NCBI RefSeq assembly: GCF_006345805.1
Contig: NW_021836929.1
Location: forward strand, 1 to 22,344
Direction of reading: 5' to 3'
Length of the DNA stretch: 22,344 bases
Source: Octopus sinensis
Taxonomy: Eukaryota
In this document: positions 19,863-22,344 of the stretch, in pieces
Position numbering within the stretch: position 1 is the first letter of the stretch
How the letters are laid out: every line of letters starts with the position of its first letter
The notes under the pieces: generated by a model
What the model was told of the DNA's origin: nothing
What the model saw: only the letters and a program-made list of their open reading frames with translations
Database searches by the model: none
Program-made: the position numbers and the translations under genes

Positions 19863-20032
19863 CCAAGTCCGCATTCTCTGGTATACAAAAGACGATGAAA
19901 GCAATATCCGAAGAGAGAAGACGTGGCAAAAGAAAAACGACAAAACAAAAGTTTGCCTCATCCAGACACAGCCAGCTTTGTTCAGACATGAAACTTGAGT
20001 CGCTGCCAATGGTCTATGAATTTACTGTATAA
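19863..20032 (+). CDS. Candidate terminal coding exon of an unidentified gene (..AKSAFSGIQKTMKAISEERRRGKRKTTKQKFASSRHSQLCSDMKLESLPMVYEFTV*)
   Basis: Long pyrimidine tract plus tttttttttag acceptor, complex open frame, TAA followed immediately by TGA, AATAAA near 20435 and 20473. Confidence 0.5.
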
Positions 20033-20108
20033 TGAACCAAGAAACCTTCACATGAATTTCGAAAGAGGCTGGTCAAGTTCCAGACTTGGTCAAGTCTTGA
20101 CCTAGAAC

Positions 20109-20111
<3 letters not shown>

Positions 20112-20148
<37 letters not shown>

Positions 20149-20152
20149 ACAA
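20112..20152. repeat. (CAA)n
   Basis: Direct reading. Confidence 0.95.
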
Positions 20153-20489
20153 CAATACTGGCAACAACTCAGCAAGACTTATTATACTTCACTTCCAAAT
20201 CCATGAACATCACACAACCTACAACGGTGAAGGTATCTACAAATGTCGGACCAGTCCATAACTGAAGATCCATCGATTTTTTTCGGGAAATACGGCTTTA
20301 AATATCCACCAGCCCTTTTCATTAAACTAATTATTCAATACATCGAGCGACCAGTCCATGAAATCATCGATTAGTTTAGTCAATCCATCAATCGATCGAT
20401 CGATCATAAATCAGTTTGTGAAATTTAACAAAAAAATAAAGAAATGCTGAAGACATGTGTATATTTTTTATGAAATAAAACTATGTTTA

Positions 20490-20516
20490 TTATTATCATC
20501 ATCATCATCGTCGTCG

Positions 20517-20548
<32 letters not shown>

Positions 20549-20645
20549 TCACCATCATCATTATCATCATCATCATTATCATCATCATCATTATCATCAC
20601 CATCAATATTATTATTATTATAAATCAACGTTGCATATATTATAT

Positions 20646-20682
<37 letters not shown>
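20490..20682. repeat. (CAT)/(TAT) then (TA)n
   Basis: Direct reading. Confidence 0.9.
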
Positions 20683-20689
<7 letters not shown>

Positions 20690-20879
20690 ATATCAACTAA
20701 TAAGACATTATACGAGACACAGGTATGTGACAGCCTGTCAAACCAGTAAAAGGGTGGTGGTGTGGTTTTTTTTTGGGGGGTGGGGTGAAGGATGGGAGTG
20801 GAGCATCGAAAGAAAGAAAAAGGGAGAGATAAAGAAAGGGGGAGTGAGTAAGAAATAAAGACGTAATGAAAGAGAAAGA

Positions 20880-20880
20880 T

Positions 20881-20920
<40 letters not shown>

Positions 20921-20950
20921 CACACCACACACACACACCAAACACACACA
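20880..20950. repeat. (CA)n
   Basis: Direct reading. Confidence 0.95.
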
Positions 20951-21410
20951 ATATGTATGCGTTTATATTTCCAACGCACGTTGATCTTTATACAGAAAAA
21001 CTAAAGGGACATTAAACAGTAAGTCAAGTTTCATTTACGGAGTTGGTTGTATTTAAATTTTTAGAAAAAAATTATCACACATTTTCCGTCAAGTCCACCT
21101 TCAACGGTATACAAAAAAAAAAACAAAAAAAAAACAAAAACAAAAAAAGATAGCATTGTTGTAGTCCGAAGAGAGGCGATGGAATTTGTCACATAGCCAA
21201 CTTCATAGCCAACTTCATTCAAACATAGAACTGTAGTCTCTGATAATGGTGTGTTATTTTAGTGTGTAAAGAACTTCGAGGTTCCACACTTATTGAATTT
21301 TATCCAACCAATATATATATATACATATATATATAAATGTGTGTGTGTGTATGTGCATATATATACACACTTACGCACATATATACATATAGTTATGTAT
21401 GTACATATGC

Positions 21411-21483
<73 letters not shown>

Positions 21484-21485
<2 letters not shown>

Positions 21486-21680
21486 GTAAATGTAATATGT
21501 AACAATTATTCAGTAGCCAAGATAAAACTCTGAGTTTAGGATGCTGAGGTGGAAATCCAAACCATCATCTCTTCAGTTATCCGAATAACCGAAGAGATGG
21601 TGGTGTGGATTTCCACCTCGGCATCCGAAACTCAGAGTTTTATCTTGGCTAACCGAATAATTGTCACATATTACATTTAC

Positions 21681-21682
<2 letters not shown>
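21484..21682. mobile_element. 199-bp palindromic MITE-like element embedded in (TA)n arrays
   Basis: Arms ctgtaaatgtaatatgt...cagttat and ataaccg...acatattacatttacag are reverse complements around a loop of about 4 nt; TA on both sides. Confidence 0.9.
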
Positions 21683-21755
<73 letters not shown>

Positions 21756-21758
21756 GAT

Positions 21759-21811
<53 letters not shown>

Positions 21812-22344
21812 CGTGTTTGTGTGCATGCGTATTTTCTGCATGTGGATGTTTAAATATAGTATATATATACATATACTCATATATACACATGAAATACATG
21901 TATATAGTACATACACACACGCACACTCGCACACGTACGTATATATGTATACATATATATACATGTCTAAACATACATAATGGTACATACAGATCTGTAC
22001 ACACATATATAACTGTATAGACTCTAACATATACTAAATTTACCTAAAATTCGACATCGAATGCACCCTGTTTATATTATTTAAACAAAGCAAAACATGC
22101 CGGCTTAAGAACACTTATGTAAAGGTGGATATACACCCGAGTACGGGTGATACTCGAATTTACATTTCGAAGTTGTTACCTCAATGTGATAAGAATGATG
22201 GCCTTTCTACTCAACCAATATTATAATCGGAAAAAAGGCCGTAGCTATATAGCATTTACCACACCCATTTCCCGCTTTTCTTTCCATCATAAACCAGCAT
22301 CATGGTTTCCACCATCTTCATCTGGATGCAGCTGAGCAACCCTC

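Noticed and set aside
19863-19920. Globin H-helix similarity of AKSAFSGIQKTMK
   Set aside because: Lacks the conserved Trp and the spacing to a G helix is off
21192-21218. catagccaactt x2 tandem
   Set aside because: Ordinary 12-bp slippage duplication

Overview
Eukaryotic, AT-rich, repeat-dense DNA, mostly intronic or intergenic. The SINE families and microsatellite load look like an octopus (coleoid cephalopod) genome; that assignment is my inference from recognising the repeats. Nearly all listed ORFs are microsatellite or transposon artefacts. Supportable content: (1) many tRNA-headed SINEs from at least four families. Family A copies have 15-23 bp target-site duplications (TSDs) and include two dimers, one tandem array and two inverted pairs. 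(2) A decayed IS630-Tc1-mariner transposase (minus strand, about 8.5-10.65 kb) interrupted by a SINE, a non-autonomous Helitron and a local duplication. (3) RTE LINE scraps. (4) A GC-rich Penelope/retrozyme-like terminal repeat at 3.2-3.9 kb with a type I hammerhead-ribozyme-like fold on the minus strand. (5) A 199-bp palindromic MITE in (TA)n. (6) Phase-compatible candidate 3' exons of an unidentified plus-strand gene (16964-17058 and 19863-20032). Best leads: the hammerhead-like motif, the recurrent SINE dimer junction, inverted SINE pairs around candidate exons, and the long palindrome.
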